Shown: positions 36,409 to 44,660 of the stretch, in pieces
Position numbering within the stretch: the stretch's first letter is position 1
Layout: every line of letters starts with the position of its first letter
From: Acidimicrobiales bacterium
Lineage (GTDB): Bacteria; Actinomycetota; Acidimicrobiia; Acidimicrobiales; JAJPHD01
Direction of reading: 5' to 3'
DNA length: 64,000 nucleotides
Assembly (NCBI GenBank): GCA_039583695.1
Contig: JAVKSL010000001.1
Coordinates: forward strand, 10,926 to 74,925
Program-made: the position numbers and the translations under genes
Notes under the pieces: model-generated
What the model was told of the DNA's origin: nothing
Databases searched by the model: none
What the model saw: the letters and a program-made list of their open reading frames with translations, nothing else

Positions 36409-37431
36409 ATGCGCGGAGCAGTCATGTACGCCCCCGGCGACGTCCGATTCGAGGAGCGCCCGGACCCGAAGATCATCCACCCGACCGACGCCATCATCTC
36501 CATGACCGCCACTTGTGTTTGCGGGTCGGACCTGTGGCCCTGGCGGGGCACCGACACCGTCACCGAGCCGACCCCGATGGGCCATGAGTACGTCGGCATC
36601 GTCGAAGAAGTCGGCGCCAAGGTCACCACCATCAAGCCCGGCCAGTTCGTCATCGGCTCGTTCATGGCGTCGGACAACACCTGCCCGATCTGCCAGGCCG
36701 GCTACCAGAGCCGCTGCGCCCACGTCGAGTACGTCGGCGCCGGAGGAGCGCAATCGGAGTACTTGCGGGTCCCCCTGGCCGACGGCACCCTCGTCGCCAC
36801 CACCGAGGCGCCCTCCGACGACCTGGTGCCTGACCTACTCGCCGCTTCTGACGTGCTGGGCACCGGCTGGTTCGCCGCCGTCGCCGCCGAGGTGGCGCCC
36901 GGCAAGACCGTGGCCGTCGTCGGTGACGGCGCGGTGGGCCTGCTCGCCATCCTCGCCGCCAAGCAGCTCGGTGCCGAGCGGATCATCGCCATGAGCCGCC
37001 ACGAGGCCCGCCAGGAGCTGGCCCGGGGGTTCGGGGCGACCGACATCGTGGTCGAGCGCGGCGACGAAGGCGTCGCCCGGATCAAGGAGCTCACCGGCGG
37101 GCTCGGCGCCCACAGCGTCATCGAGGCCGTCGGCACGCAAGAGTCGATGATGCAGGCGATCCGTTCCGCCCGCCCGGGTGGCCACGTCGGTTTCGTCGGC
37201 GTCGCCCACGGCGTGACGTTGCCCGGCCAAGAGCTCTTCTACGCCGAGGTCCACCTGCTCGGCGGACCCGCCCCTGTGCGGCGGTTCCTCCCACAGCTCG
37301 TCGACCTCATCGAGCAGCGCCAGATCAACCCCGGCAAAGTCTTCGACCTCGATCTGCCCCTCGACAAGGTCGCCGAGGGGTACCGGGCCATGGACGAGCG
37401 CCGGGCGATCAAGACGCTCCTACGACCTTGA
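36409..37431 (+). CDS. Zinc-dependent alcohol dehydrogenase (MDR) family oxidoreductase
   Basis: CVCGSDLW..., GHEYVGIVEEVG, structural-zinc CPICQAGYQSRC, and GDGAVGLLA Rossmann motif. Confidence 0.9.
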   Translation: MRGAVMYAPGDVRFEERPDPKIIHPTDAIISMTATCVCGSDLWPWRGTDTVTEPTPMGHEYVGIVEEVGAKVTTIKPGQFVIGSFMASDNTCPICQAGYQSRCAHVEYVGAGGAQSEYLRVPLADGTLVATTEAPSDDLVPDLLAASDVLGTGWFAAVAAEVAPGKTVAVVGDGAVGLLAILAAKQLGAERIIAMSRHEARQELARGFGATDIVVERGDEGVARIKELTGGLGAHSVIEAVGTQESMMQAIRSARPGGHVGFVGVAHGVTLPGQELFYAEVHLLGGPAPVRRFLPQLVDLIEQRQINPGKVFDLDLPLDKVAEGYRAMDERRAIKTLLRP

Positions 37432-37488
37432 AGACTCCTCATGGTCCGCGGCCAGGACAGCTCATTTCCCTCCACGGAGGAGACCATC

Positions 37489-38340
37489 GTGAGTGAGACC
37501 AAGGTGTGGTTCATCACCGGGGCCAGCAGTGGCATGGGCGCCGAGCTCGCCAAAGCGGCGCTGGCGGTCGGCGAGCGGGCCGTCGCCACCGGCCGCGACC
37601 CCGACGCCGTGACCAGCGCAGTCGGCGCAGCCGACAACCTGCTGGCTTCCGAGCTCGATGTCACCGAGTCGAGTGACGCCACGACAGCGGTCGCAGCCGC
37701 CGTCGAACGCTTCGGGCGGATCGACGTGCTCGTCAACAACGCCGGCCGCTCCTTCAAAGGGTTCTTCGAGGAGATGACCGCACACCAGGTCGACCAGCAA
37801 CTCGCTGTGAACCTGCTCGGCCCGATGAACGTCACCCGGGAGATCCTCCCGGTCATGCGACGGCAGCGCTGCGGGCACGTCATCTCGATTTCCTCGGGAG
37901 CCGGGCTGGTCGGGTTCGCCTACTCGTCGGTCTACGCGGCCTCCAAGTTCGGGCTCGAAGGCTGGATGGGAGCCCTCGCCCAAGAGGTCGAACCGTTCGG
38001 TATCCACACCACCATCGTGAACCCCGGATGGTTCCGCACCGACCTCATTCGTACCGACCCGGCGCTCTGGCCGCAACAGTCGATCGACGACTACGCGGAG
38101 CGAAGCGCCGCCCAGCGGGAATGGTGGGAAGCCCAAGACGGGCACCAAACCGGGGATCCGGCCAAGCTCGCCCAGGCATTGCTCGTCATCGCCGCCGAAG
38201 ACCCGCCGCCCCGGCGTTTCATTGCCGGCGCCGACGCGATCAGCCTGGCCGAACGAAAAATAGCCGAGCTACGCGAACAGATCGACGCCCACCGCGATCT
38301 GTCCACCTCGCTCGACAGCGACGACACCCAGGCGGATTAG
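37489..38340 (+). CDS. SDR-family oxidoreductase
   Basis: VWFITGASSGMGAEL (TGxxxGxG), NNAG and YAASKFGLEG (YxxxK). GTG 37489 follows ACGGAGGAG. Confidence 0.88.
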   Translation: MSETKVWFITGASSGMGAELAKAALAVGERAVATGRDPDAVTSAVGAADNLLASELDVTESSDATTAVAAAVERFGRIDVLVNNAGRSFKGFFEEMTAHQVDQQLAVNLLGPMNVTREILPVMRRQRCGHVISISSGAGLVGFAYSSVYAASKFGLEGWMGALAQEVEPFGIHTTIVNPGWFRTDLIRTDPALWPQQSIDDYAERSAAQREWWEAQDGHQTGDPAKLAQALLVIAAEDPPPRRFIAGADAISLAERKIAELREQIDAHRDLSTSLDSDDTQAD

Positions 38341-38566
38341 CTCGGATCCGCTATCGCCCCAGCGTGCCGAAAGGCGACCGTAGAACGACGGCGCTCAGCT
38401 CAGGGCCGCTGCCTCACTGGGGACCGGCCTCACTGCTCGGGCCAATGGGCGGGACGAGCCTCCAAGAAACCCAGGGCGGATCACTCGGAGGCAGCCCAGT
38501 GCTTCGGGTACCCGGACCCGAGCGTTGAAGTCCATGCGCGCCCCCCGTGGTCGCGGCAGCGTCGCG

Positions 38567-39277
38567 TCATTGGGGCTTCTCTGCTGGTCCCCGTTGGTTG
38601 TCGGAGCACGCGGTCAGGAGCCGGAGGGCGCTGTCGGCGAACCATGTGCCGAAGCGTTCTGGGGTCCATCCGCGGTCGGTGATGAGCCGGTCGAACACGG
38701 CAGGCTCCATAAGCAGCCAGACGACGTCGACGGCGTGCGTGCGGTCGATCCCGGAGCGGAGGGGCACGCGGGCGGACAGCCCGTCGACGATCCAGGCGGC
38801 GGTGACGGCCCGCTGGGTCTTCAACTGGTCGGCGATCGGCCCGAGGCGTTCGTCGCTGCGAGCAGCCTCGAAGGCAGCGAGGACGAGGGGATCCGAGCGC
38901 TGGGCTGCGGTGACCAGGATCTCGGCGACGACGCCAAGGAACTCCTCGGGAGTAACAGCTGCCTGCGCTCGGGTGGCCCAGGGGCGTTCGAGCACCGGGA
39001 CCGGCTCGTCGTCACCGGCTATGGCGACGTCGATCGCCGCCTTGAGCAACGCCGCCTTGGTCCCGAAGGCGAGCTCGACCGCAGGGACCGAGACGCCGGC
39101 GGCGGCCGCGACCGCAGCCATGGTGGTGCCGGCATAGCCGCCGACACGAAACAGCTCGCAGGCGGCCGCAAGGATCCGCTCCCGGGTGCGACGGGCTTGG
39201 GCCTGGCGCTTGGGTGACCGGTAGGGGCGGGATCGCAGCGGCGATGCCTCCGGGCTTGCGTCCGAGACCATATTCAC
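38567..39277 (-). CDS. TetR-family transcriptional regulator
   Basis: RTRERILAAACELFRVGGYAGTTMAAVAAAAGVSVPAVELAFGTKAALL N-terminal HTH. Confidence 0.9.
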   Translation of the reverse strand: MNMVSDASPEASPLRSRPYRSPKRQAQARRTRERILAAACELFRVGGYAGTTMAAVAAAAGVSVPAVELAFGTKAALLKAAIDVAIAGDDEPVPVLERPWATRAQAAVTPEEFLGVVAEILVTAAQRSDPLVLAAFEAARSDERLGPIADQLKTQRAVTAAWIVDGLSARVPLRSGIDRTHAVDVVWLLMEPAVFDRLITDRGWTPERFGTWFADSALRLLTACSDNQRGPAEKPQ

Positions 39278-39324
39278 TATGCTAGGGTCCTACCAAACCT
39301 CTCGAGAACGGGAACAGCTGGAAG

Positions 39325-39837
39325 ATGCCGGCGCACGAGGACAGCCACCCGACGGTCTGCCCGCACCTGCGCTACCGGGACCCTGCCGCCGCGGTGGCGT
39401 GGCTCGGCCGGTTGTTCGGGTTCACCGAGCGGATGCGCTTCGACCGTGGCGACCGCGACCTGACGGCCCGCCTACAGGGTCCCGACGGTGGGACGGTGAT
39501 GGTCTCTGGCCTCGGCGAGGAGTTCAAGGAGTGGATGGGTGAGCGGGCGCCGCGCTTCGAGGAGGCGAGCGGAGCGGGCTGGCCGCTGCTGACGCATGCC
39601 GTCACGGTCGTCGTCGACCAGGTGGACGCCCATTACCGGCGGGCCGAGCAGGCAGGCGCCATCATCTTGAGCGTCCCGACGGACCAGCCGTGGGGGCTGC
39701 GCAGCTACGCCGCCCTCGACCCGGAGGGCCACCAGTGGGAGTTCGCCACGATCGCCTCCGATCGTGCGAACTCAGGCGGTGCAGCCAGCGCTATGGACCG
39801 CCCCGGCTCTGGGGAGGCACCTGGTGGCCGGGCCTGA
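39325..39837 (+). CDS. VOC (glyoxalase/bleomycin-resistance) family protein
   Basis: ...LRYRDPAAAVAWLGRLFGF...VVDQVDAHYRRAEQAGAIILSVPTDQPWGLRSYAALDPEGHQWEF. Confidence 0.8.
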   Translation: MPAHEDSHPTVCPHLRYRDPAAAVAWLGRLFGFTERMRFDRGDRDLTARLQGPDGGTVMVSGLGEEFKEWMGERAPRFEEASGAGWPLLTHAVTVVVDQVDAHYRRAEQAGAIILSVPTDQPWGLRSYAALDPEGHQWEFATIASDRANSGGAASAMDRPGSGEAPGGRA

Positions 39838-40267
39838 GCCGGCTCCGCCGGGGGTCCAGGTACAGCTGTCGGTGCGGCGCGGCCGGGAGGCGGTCGGGTT
39901 CTACCAGCAGGCGTTCGGCGCCGAGGAGGTGTTCCGTGTCGGGGGCGACGCAGAGAACGAGGAGGTCGTCGCCCAGCTGGCCGTCGGCGACACCCGGTTC
40001 TGGGTGGAGGACGAGTCGCCCGAGCACCACAACTTCAGCCCCGAGAGCCTCGGCGGGGCGAGCGAGCGGATGCTGTTCGTGGTCGAGGACCCGGTGGTGG
40101 TCATGGAGCGTGCCATAGCGGCGGGAGCCGAGGAGGTCTACCCCGTCGAGGAGGCTCACGGATGGCTGCTCGGCCGGGTGGTCGACCCGTACGGTCATCA
40201 CTGGGAGATCGGAAAGCCGCTATCGGCGTGGCCACCGCCGACGACTCCAGAAGACACGCCGAGATGA
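39824..40267 (+). CDS. VOC family protein (PhnB-like)
   Basis: VQLSVRRGREAVGFYQQAFGAEEV...HGWLLGRVVDPYGHHWEIGKP. The start (GTG 39824) is uncertain. Confidence 0.7.
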   Translation: MAGPEPAPPGVQVQLSVRRGREAVGFYQQAFGAEEVFRVGGDAENEEVVAQLAVGDTRFWVEDESPEHHNFSPESLGGASERMLFVVEDPVVVMERAIAAGAEEVYPVEEAHGWLLGRVVDPYGHHWEIGKPLSAWPPPTTPEDTPR

Positions 40268-40707
40268 GGCGCAACCGGTCGGTCCCGCCGGCCACCGTCG
40301 TCCCGGTCCTCGTCTACCCGGACGTGCGGGCCGCGGTGGAGTGGCTGACAACCACGTTTGGCTTCGTCGAGCGCACCCGGATCGGCGAGAGCCACCGCGC
40401 CCAGATGGCCATCGGCGCCGAGGGGGCGATGATCGTGTCCGACGTCGCAGGTGAGCGCCGACCACCGCAGGCTGGCGTCGTGACGCACGAGGTGAGGGTG
40501 CGGGTCGAGGACATCGACTCCCACTTCGAGCGGGCCCGTGCTCGGGGGGCCCGGGTGCTGGAGCCGCCAACCGACCGGGAGTACGGCGAGCGGGACTGCA
40601 CCTTCGAGGATCTCGCCGGACATCGATGGCAGTTCTGCGAGACGGTGCGAGACGTCGCACCCGAGGAGTACGGGTGCGAGACGGTATCGCCCTGGCCCGA
40701 ACGGTGA
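40264..40707 (+). CDS. VOC family protein
   Basis: VVPVLVYPDVRAAVEWLTTTFGF...VEDIDSHFERARARGARVLEPPTDREYGERDCTFEDLAGHRWQF. ATG 40264 overlaps the upstream TGA. Confidence 0.8.
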   Translation: MRRNRSVPPATVVPVLVYPDVRAAVEWLTTTFGFVERTRIGESHRAQMAIGAEGAMIVSDVAGERRPPQAGVVTHEVRVRVEDIDSHFERARARGARVLEPPTDREYGERDCTFEDLAGHRWQFCETVRDVAPEEYGCETVSPWPER

Positions 40708-40778
40708 CGGTCGAACGACCGATCGCATCTCCGATAGTCGACCTTCGGGTCACGGACCAGAAGATCAGGGTCGATTCG

Positions 40779-40853
40779 CCCCTCGGCTGTCGTTTCTGGG
40801 GACTTCTGCGGGAGGACAACGACATTGAGTAGTGCAGCGCCTGGGCGGCTGCA
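40779..40853. repeat. Intergenic repeat R1 (upstream of brnTA)
   Basis: CCCCTCGGCTGTCG-TTTCTGGGGACTT...ATTGAGTAGTGCAGCGCCTGGGCGGCTGCA aligns with R2. Confidence 0.6.
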
Positions 40854-41021
40854 CATACACAGCCCTGTAGGGCCCAAGAACTCGATGTGCACTGTGAGCT
40901 GGGTAGAGGTGCGGGCGATTCGAGAGCTTCTCACTGACGGTAGCATCAGGCCAATGGCGCCCCCGAGCCCACTCGGTGTCCACAATGACGCCTCAGAGCC
41001 GACCAGCGGCTCCGCGGCAGC

Positions 41022-41038
41022 GGTATAGTTTCTATACC
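41022..41038. promoter_or_regulatory. Perfect palindrome immediately upstream of brnT (candidate BrnA operator / -10 region)
   Basis: GGTATAG-TTT-CTATACC, ending 4 nt before the brnT GTG. It contains TATAGT. Confidence 0.4.
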
Positions 41039-41042
41039 ATGG

Positions 41043-41318
41043 GTGCTCGTGGAGTTCGAGTTCGACACCGAGAAGAGCACGGCGAACCGGGCCAAGCACG
41101 GGACAGACTTCGTGGAGGCGCAGGCGCTGTGGGACGACCCGGATCGCGTCGAGGTGCCGGCTCGCACGGTGGGCGAGTCGAGGGCGCTCGTGATCGGCCG
41201 CATCGGCGCCCAGCACTGGTCGGCGGTGGTCACCTACCGGGATGGACGGGTCCGGATCATCTCGGTTCGGCGCTCACGGACAGAGGAGGTGAGGATTTTT
41301 GGAGAAGATGAGAGCTGA
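41043..41318 (+). CDS. brnT: BrnT-family (DUF497) type II toxin
   Basis: VEFEFDTEKSTANRAKHGTDFVEAQALWDDP...IISVRRSRTEE matches the BrnT pattern (FEWDxxKxxxNxxKHGxxFxEA). Confidence 0.8.
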   Translation: MLVEFEFDTEKSTANRAKHGTDFVEAQALWDDPDRVEVPARTVGESRALVIGRIGAQHWSAVVTYRDGRVRIISVRRSRTEEVRIFGEDES

Positions 41319-41544
41319 GGAGTTCGACGAGCGCTTCGATGCGGGCGAGGACATGACGTCGTTGCTCGACCTTCAAGCTGCCCGGCGTCCGGGACTCGAG
41401 CAGCGACGGGTGAACGTCGACTTTCCCTCTTGGATGATCGCGGCACTCGACCGAGAGGCCAAGCGTCTCGGCGTCACCCGCCAGTCGATCATCAAGGTGT
41501 GGATCGCCGATCGACTTGAGCGTCGACCCGAGAGCGCGGCATGA
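41299..41544 (+). CDS. brnA: BrnA-like / CopG ribbon-helix-helix antitoxin
   Basis: ...RRVNVDFPSWMIAALDREAKRLGVTRQSIIKVWIADRLE. It overlaps the brnT 3' end. Starts at TTG 41299 or ATG 41308. Confidence 0.75.
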   Translation: MEKMRAEEFDERFDAGEDMTSLLDLQAARRPGLEQRRVNVDFPSWMIAALDREAKRLGVTRQSIIKVWIADRLERRPESAA

Positions 41545-41556
41545 GCATCGCCGAAC

Positions 41557-41645
41557 CCCTCGTTGTCGGCAGGAGGTTGCGAGTTTCTCGGGACTTGGGC
41601 GGCCGTTGTCGCAAAATTGAGTAGGGCAGCGCCCGGGTGGCTGCA
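41557..41645. repeat. Intergenic repeat R2 (downstream of brnTA)
   Basis: CCCCTCGTTGTCGG...GCGAGTTTCTCGGGACTTGGG...ATTGAGTAGGGCAGCGCCCGGGTGGCTGCA. It shares the GCAGC-N9-GCTGC hairpin with R1. Confidence 0.6.
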
Positions 41646-41799
41646 TAGGGCAAGCCCGGTGACCAGCGACTTCATCAGGCGCCTAACCCGATGGTCGTGT
41701 GCTGGTCCTGAACCCCCGCTACTACGACCGCTTGTCAGGCGCGCACCTCGTGCAGGGGCGCAAGCGCCTGACCAGCGGTTTCTCGTTCCGGCGTGCGTC

Positions 41800-41826
41800 G
41801 GAGATGCGAGTTTCTCGGGGAAGTTT
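41800..41826. repeat. Partial repeat R3
   Basis: GGAGATGCGAGTTTCTCGGGGAAGTTT matches the R2 core GGAGGTTGCGAGTTTCTCGGGACTT. Confidence 0.5.
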
Positions 41827-42018
41827 CAAAGGGCGTCACCGGCTCGAATGAACAGGTTGCGGGCCTGCTGAACACCTACCACGCGTCCCAGCCATCCCTA
41901 ACCGGCGGGAGAAGATCATCTCCGAACGCCCGGTTCGGGAGCGCAGAGAATACCGACCGCGGACGTACCCCGATAGCCCCGCTCGCCCGAGACTGGGAAG
42001 TTGTTGTTACGCCAGCCC

Positions 42019-42357
42019 TTATGCACTGCGCTTGGTGGCCGGGGCGTCGGTGGCGGTGAGAGGGATGCGCTTGCCATCGACAACAGCATTGATCTCAAGG
42101 TGGCCGCCCAGCGCTTCGACGTAAGCGGCGAGCGTCGAGAGCAGCATGTCACCTTCGCGCTCGATCCGAGAGATCGTCGACTGGGGCCGCTGCATCGTGC
42201 GGGAGAGTTCCACCTGGGTGAGCTGACGGACGCGGCGCAATTCGCCCAGGGCGTCGCGTACCTGCTCGGCGACAACCTTGGCCCGCTCGCGCTCGACCCG
42301 CTCCCGGCGGGAAGCGTCCGCCATCACTTCGGCTTCTAGCTCTTCGAAGCGCTTCAT
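42019..42357 (-). CDS. XRE-family HTH antitoxin (HigA-like)
   Basis: MKRFEELEAEV...LRRVRQLTQVELSRTMQRPQSTISRIEREGDMLLSTLAAYVEALGG. ATG 42357 overlaps the toxin TGA. Confidence 0.8.
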   Translation of the reverse strand: MKRFEELEAEVMADASRRERVERERAKVVAEQVRDALGELRRVRQLTQVELSRTMQRPQSTISRIEREGDMLLSTLAAYVEALGGHLEINAVVDGKRIPLTATDAPATKRSA

Positions 42358-42713
42358 CGTTTGCTCCTCTTCATGGTCTCGACGTGCTGGGCGTACAGGC
42401 GCTCCGCTTCGGGAATGGCCCGGCGGTACCAGGACTGCCACTGCCCGGCCTTGCTGCCGCCGACGAGCAGGACCGCCCGACGTGACGGGTCGAAAACGAA
42501 CAGCACTCGCAGGTGCGCCCGACCGATTGAAGCCCGGAGCTCTTTCAAGTTGGCGATCCTGCTGGCCTGGATGGTGTCGACCGTGGGCCTCCCGAGCGCT
42601 GGACCGTGGTCACGTAGCATGGCGATCCGGGCCGTGAGCGCTTCCTGATGCTCGTCTGGAAGAGTCCGCCACCACCGCTCGAACTCATCGGTGACGAGAA
42701 CCTCCCACGGCAC
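42354..42713 (-). CDS. RelE/ParE-superfamily toxin (HigB / Gp49-like), encoded upstream of its antitoxin
   Basis: VTDEFERWWRTLPDEHQEALTARIAMLRDHGPALGRPTVDTIQASRIANLKELR...HLRVLFVFDPSRRAVLLVGGSKAG. Confidence 0.75.
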   Translation of the reverse strand: MPWEVLVTDEFERWWRTLPDEHQEALTARIAMLRDHGPALGRPTVDTIQASRIANLKELRASIGRAHLRVLFVFDPSRRAVLLVGGSKAGQWQSWYRRAIPEAERLYAQHVETMKRSKR

Positions 42714-42864
42714 ACCCCGAGTATAGCGCCGAAAGGTTATACCGTCAACAGGTTTGCCCGAGAGCAGCCGGGCACGGTATCGCGACGGCGTGCCGGCTAC
42801 GGCTGGTTAGAAGGCTCCGATCCTGAGCCCGCGTAATCCAGTTGCGGGTTGATCAAGTAGATGC

Positions 42865-43218
42865 TTGAATCAGGACGTGGTCGCAATCGCCGATCGACAG
42901 CCGGACGCGATTTTCGCGGCGCTCGCCGACGCCACCCGCCGCGACATTGTGGCCCGGTTGGCGAAGGGTGAGGCGACCGTCAAGCAGCTGGCGGCCCCGT
43001 ACTCGATGACCTTGCAGGCCGTCTCACAGCACATCGCCGTGCTCGAACGATGCAGGCTGATCAGTCGGGGCCGGTACCGCCAGACCCGCCCCTGCCGGCT
43101 CGAACCAGACGCCCTTGAGGTGGCGGCGTCGTGGATCGAGGACAGCCGGCGAGCGTGGGCGGAGCGCATGGACCGGCTGGAGGCGCATCTGGCCCATCTC
43201 CAGGAACACCAGTCGTGA
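42865..43218 (+). CDS. ArsR/SmtB-family transcriptional regulator
   Basis: IFAALADATRRDIVARLAKGEATVKQLAAPYSMTLQAVSQHIAVLERCRLI winged HTH. Confidence 0.88.
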   Translation: MNQDVVAIADRQPDAIFAALADATRRDIVARLAKGEATVKQLAAPYSMTLQAVSQHIAVLERCRLISRGRYRQTRPCRLEPDALEVAASWIEDSRRAWAERMDRLEAHLAHLQEHQS

Positions 43219-43654
43219 GTGACGACGAACTGATCTACCGACGCACCTTCCTCGCGCCGCGCGAGCTCGTGTGGCGCTGCCTGACCGAGCCGGCAGAGCT
43301 CTCCGAGTATTGGGGTCCGCGTGGCGTGACCACCCCCTTGGAGGGGATAGTCGTCGAGCTGCGCGTCGGGGGGCGGTTCGAGACTCTGATGGTCGGCGAC
43401 CATGGCAGCGACCGGATGGCCGCCACCTTCACCGAGGTCGTCCCGCCTGAACGGTTGCCTGGGTCGACTCGGCCAGCGGGATGCACACCACCGGCACCTT
43501 GCGCGACCTCGGCGAAGGCGGCACCGAGGTAGTCATCTGCCAGCGGAGCGTGCCCGAGCCCCTGCGCTCGCCCGACGCTCGTGCCGGCTTCATCACCTCG
43601 CTCGACAAGCTCGACGACCACCTCGCCCGCATGATCCCGAAGGAGCCACCATGA
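43215..43654 (+). pseudogene. SRPBCC (Aha1-like) family protein, frameshifted near 43455
   Basis: VSDDELIYRRTFLAPRELVWRCLTEPAELSEYWGPRG...TEVVPPERL is in one frame. The conserved C-terminus WVDSASGMHTTGTLRDLGEGGTEVVICQRSVPE...GFITSLDKLDDHLARM is in another frame and ends at TGA 43652-43654. Confidence 0.6.
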
Positions 43655-43811
43655 CACCGTCTGTGTCAACCCCTAATCAAGAAATATTGCATTTGGTTGT
43701 TCCTCGTTTCGCTGGTTCAGCCGGCGCTGAGCTCTTGGCGGCAGGAGTCGGAGCATCAGCGCTGGCGGCCAGTGGGGGTGAAGAGCCAACCGCAGCAGGG
43801 GCAGGGGATCG

Positions 43812-44660
43812 TTACGGGGTCGTTACGCGACGGGGATCCGATGGGCATACAGGCCGCCTCCTGGTCGATCCTGGCTTCGCTGTTGGCGGGGGCGGCCTGG
43901 GCGGCGAGCCGTCGTAGGCGATGCCGTCTTGCCAGCACCGCCAGATGACCCGGATCCAGGCGCGGGCCAGGACGCGGATGGCGTGGGGGTGGTCGCAGCC
44001 TCTGGCCCGGGCGCGCCGGTAGATGTCGGCGGCCCAGGGACTTTGGTGGCGGGAGTTGTCGGCGAAGCTGCACATGGCCGCCCGGAAGCCTTTGTTGCAC
44101 GCCCAGCGGAACTGGACCGGCTCGTACTTGTCCGAGCGCTTGGTCACCGGAGTCTGGCCGGCGAGCGCGGCGACGGCTTCGGGGGTGTCGTAGGCTTGGC
44201 GGCAGTCGCCCAGCAGGCGAGCATCTGGGCTGCGTTGAGGCGACCCGACCGTGGCAGGGAGGTGAAGGTCTCGCCGTCCGGGTGCTCACCGAGGTGGGCG
44301 GCGACCGAGCGATCGAGGCTCTTGATGGAGGTGTTGAGCGCCCGGATGACCCGTACGTAGCCCAAAACGGCGTCTCTGCGGGCTTCGGCCTCGGGGCCGT
44401 CGCCGATGCCTTGGGGGGCGGAGCGCAGCCGCTCGACCAGCACGGCGGCGGGCTGGCGGCCGGAGTAGCCGTGCTTGGTCCAAAAGGCGGCCATCCGCTT
44501 CTCGCCCAGGGCCCGGGCCGATCCCGGGGTCGGGTAGCGGGCCAAGAAGGCCAGGGCGATCTCGCTGGCGGTATCCGCGAAGAGCGCCTTGGCGCCAGAC
44601 CAGAAGGCGTCCAGGCACGCTTCGAGCTGGTTGTGGGCGGCGACACGCTGGCAGACGATT
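43812..44660 (-). mobile_element. IS110-family transposase remnant (N-terminal catalytic domain missing, one internal frameshift)
   Basis: Two minus-strand frames read RVAAHNQLEACLDAFWSGAKALF...FTSLPRSGRLNAAQMLA and then (V)TKRSDKYEPVQFRWACNKGFRAAM...PWAADIYRRARARGCDHPHAIRVLARAWIRVIWRCWQDGIAYD. This is the Transposase_20-type C-terminal part. Confidence 0.7.

Noticed and set aside
40779-41826. Integron attC sites flanking the brnTA cassette.
   Set aside because: I could not find the RYYYAAC / GTTRRRY core sites or the R''-L''...L'-R' symmetry. No intI gene is in the window, and the repeats are direct similarities rather than imperfect palindromes.
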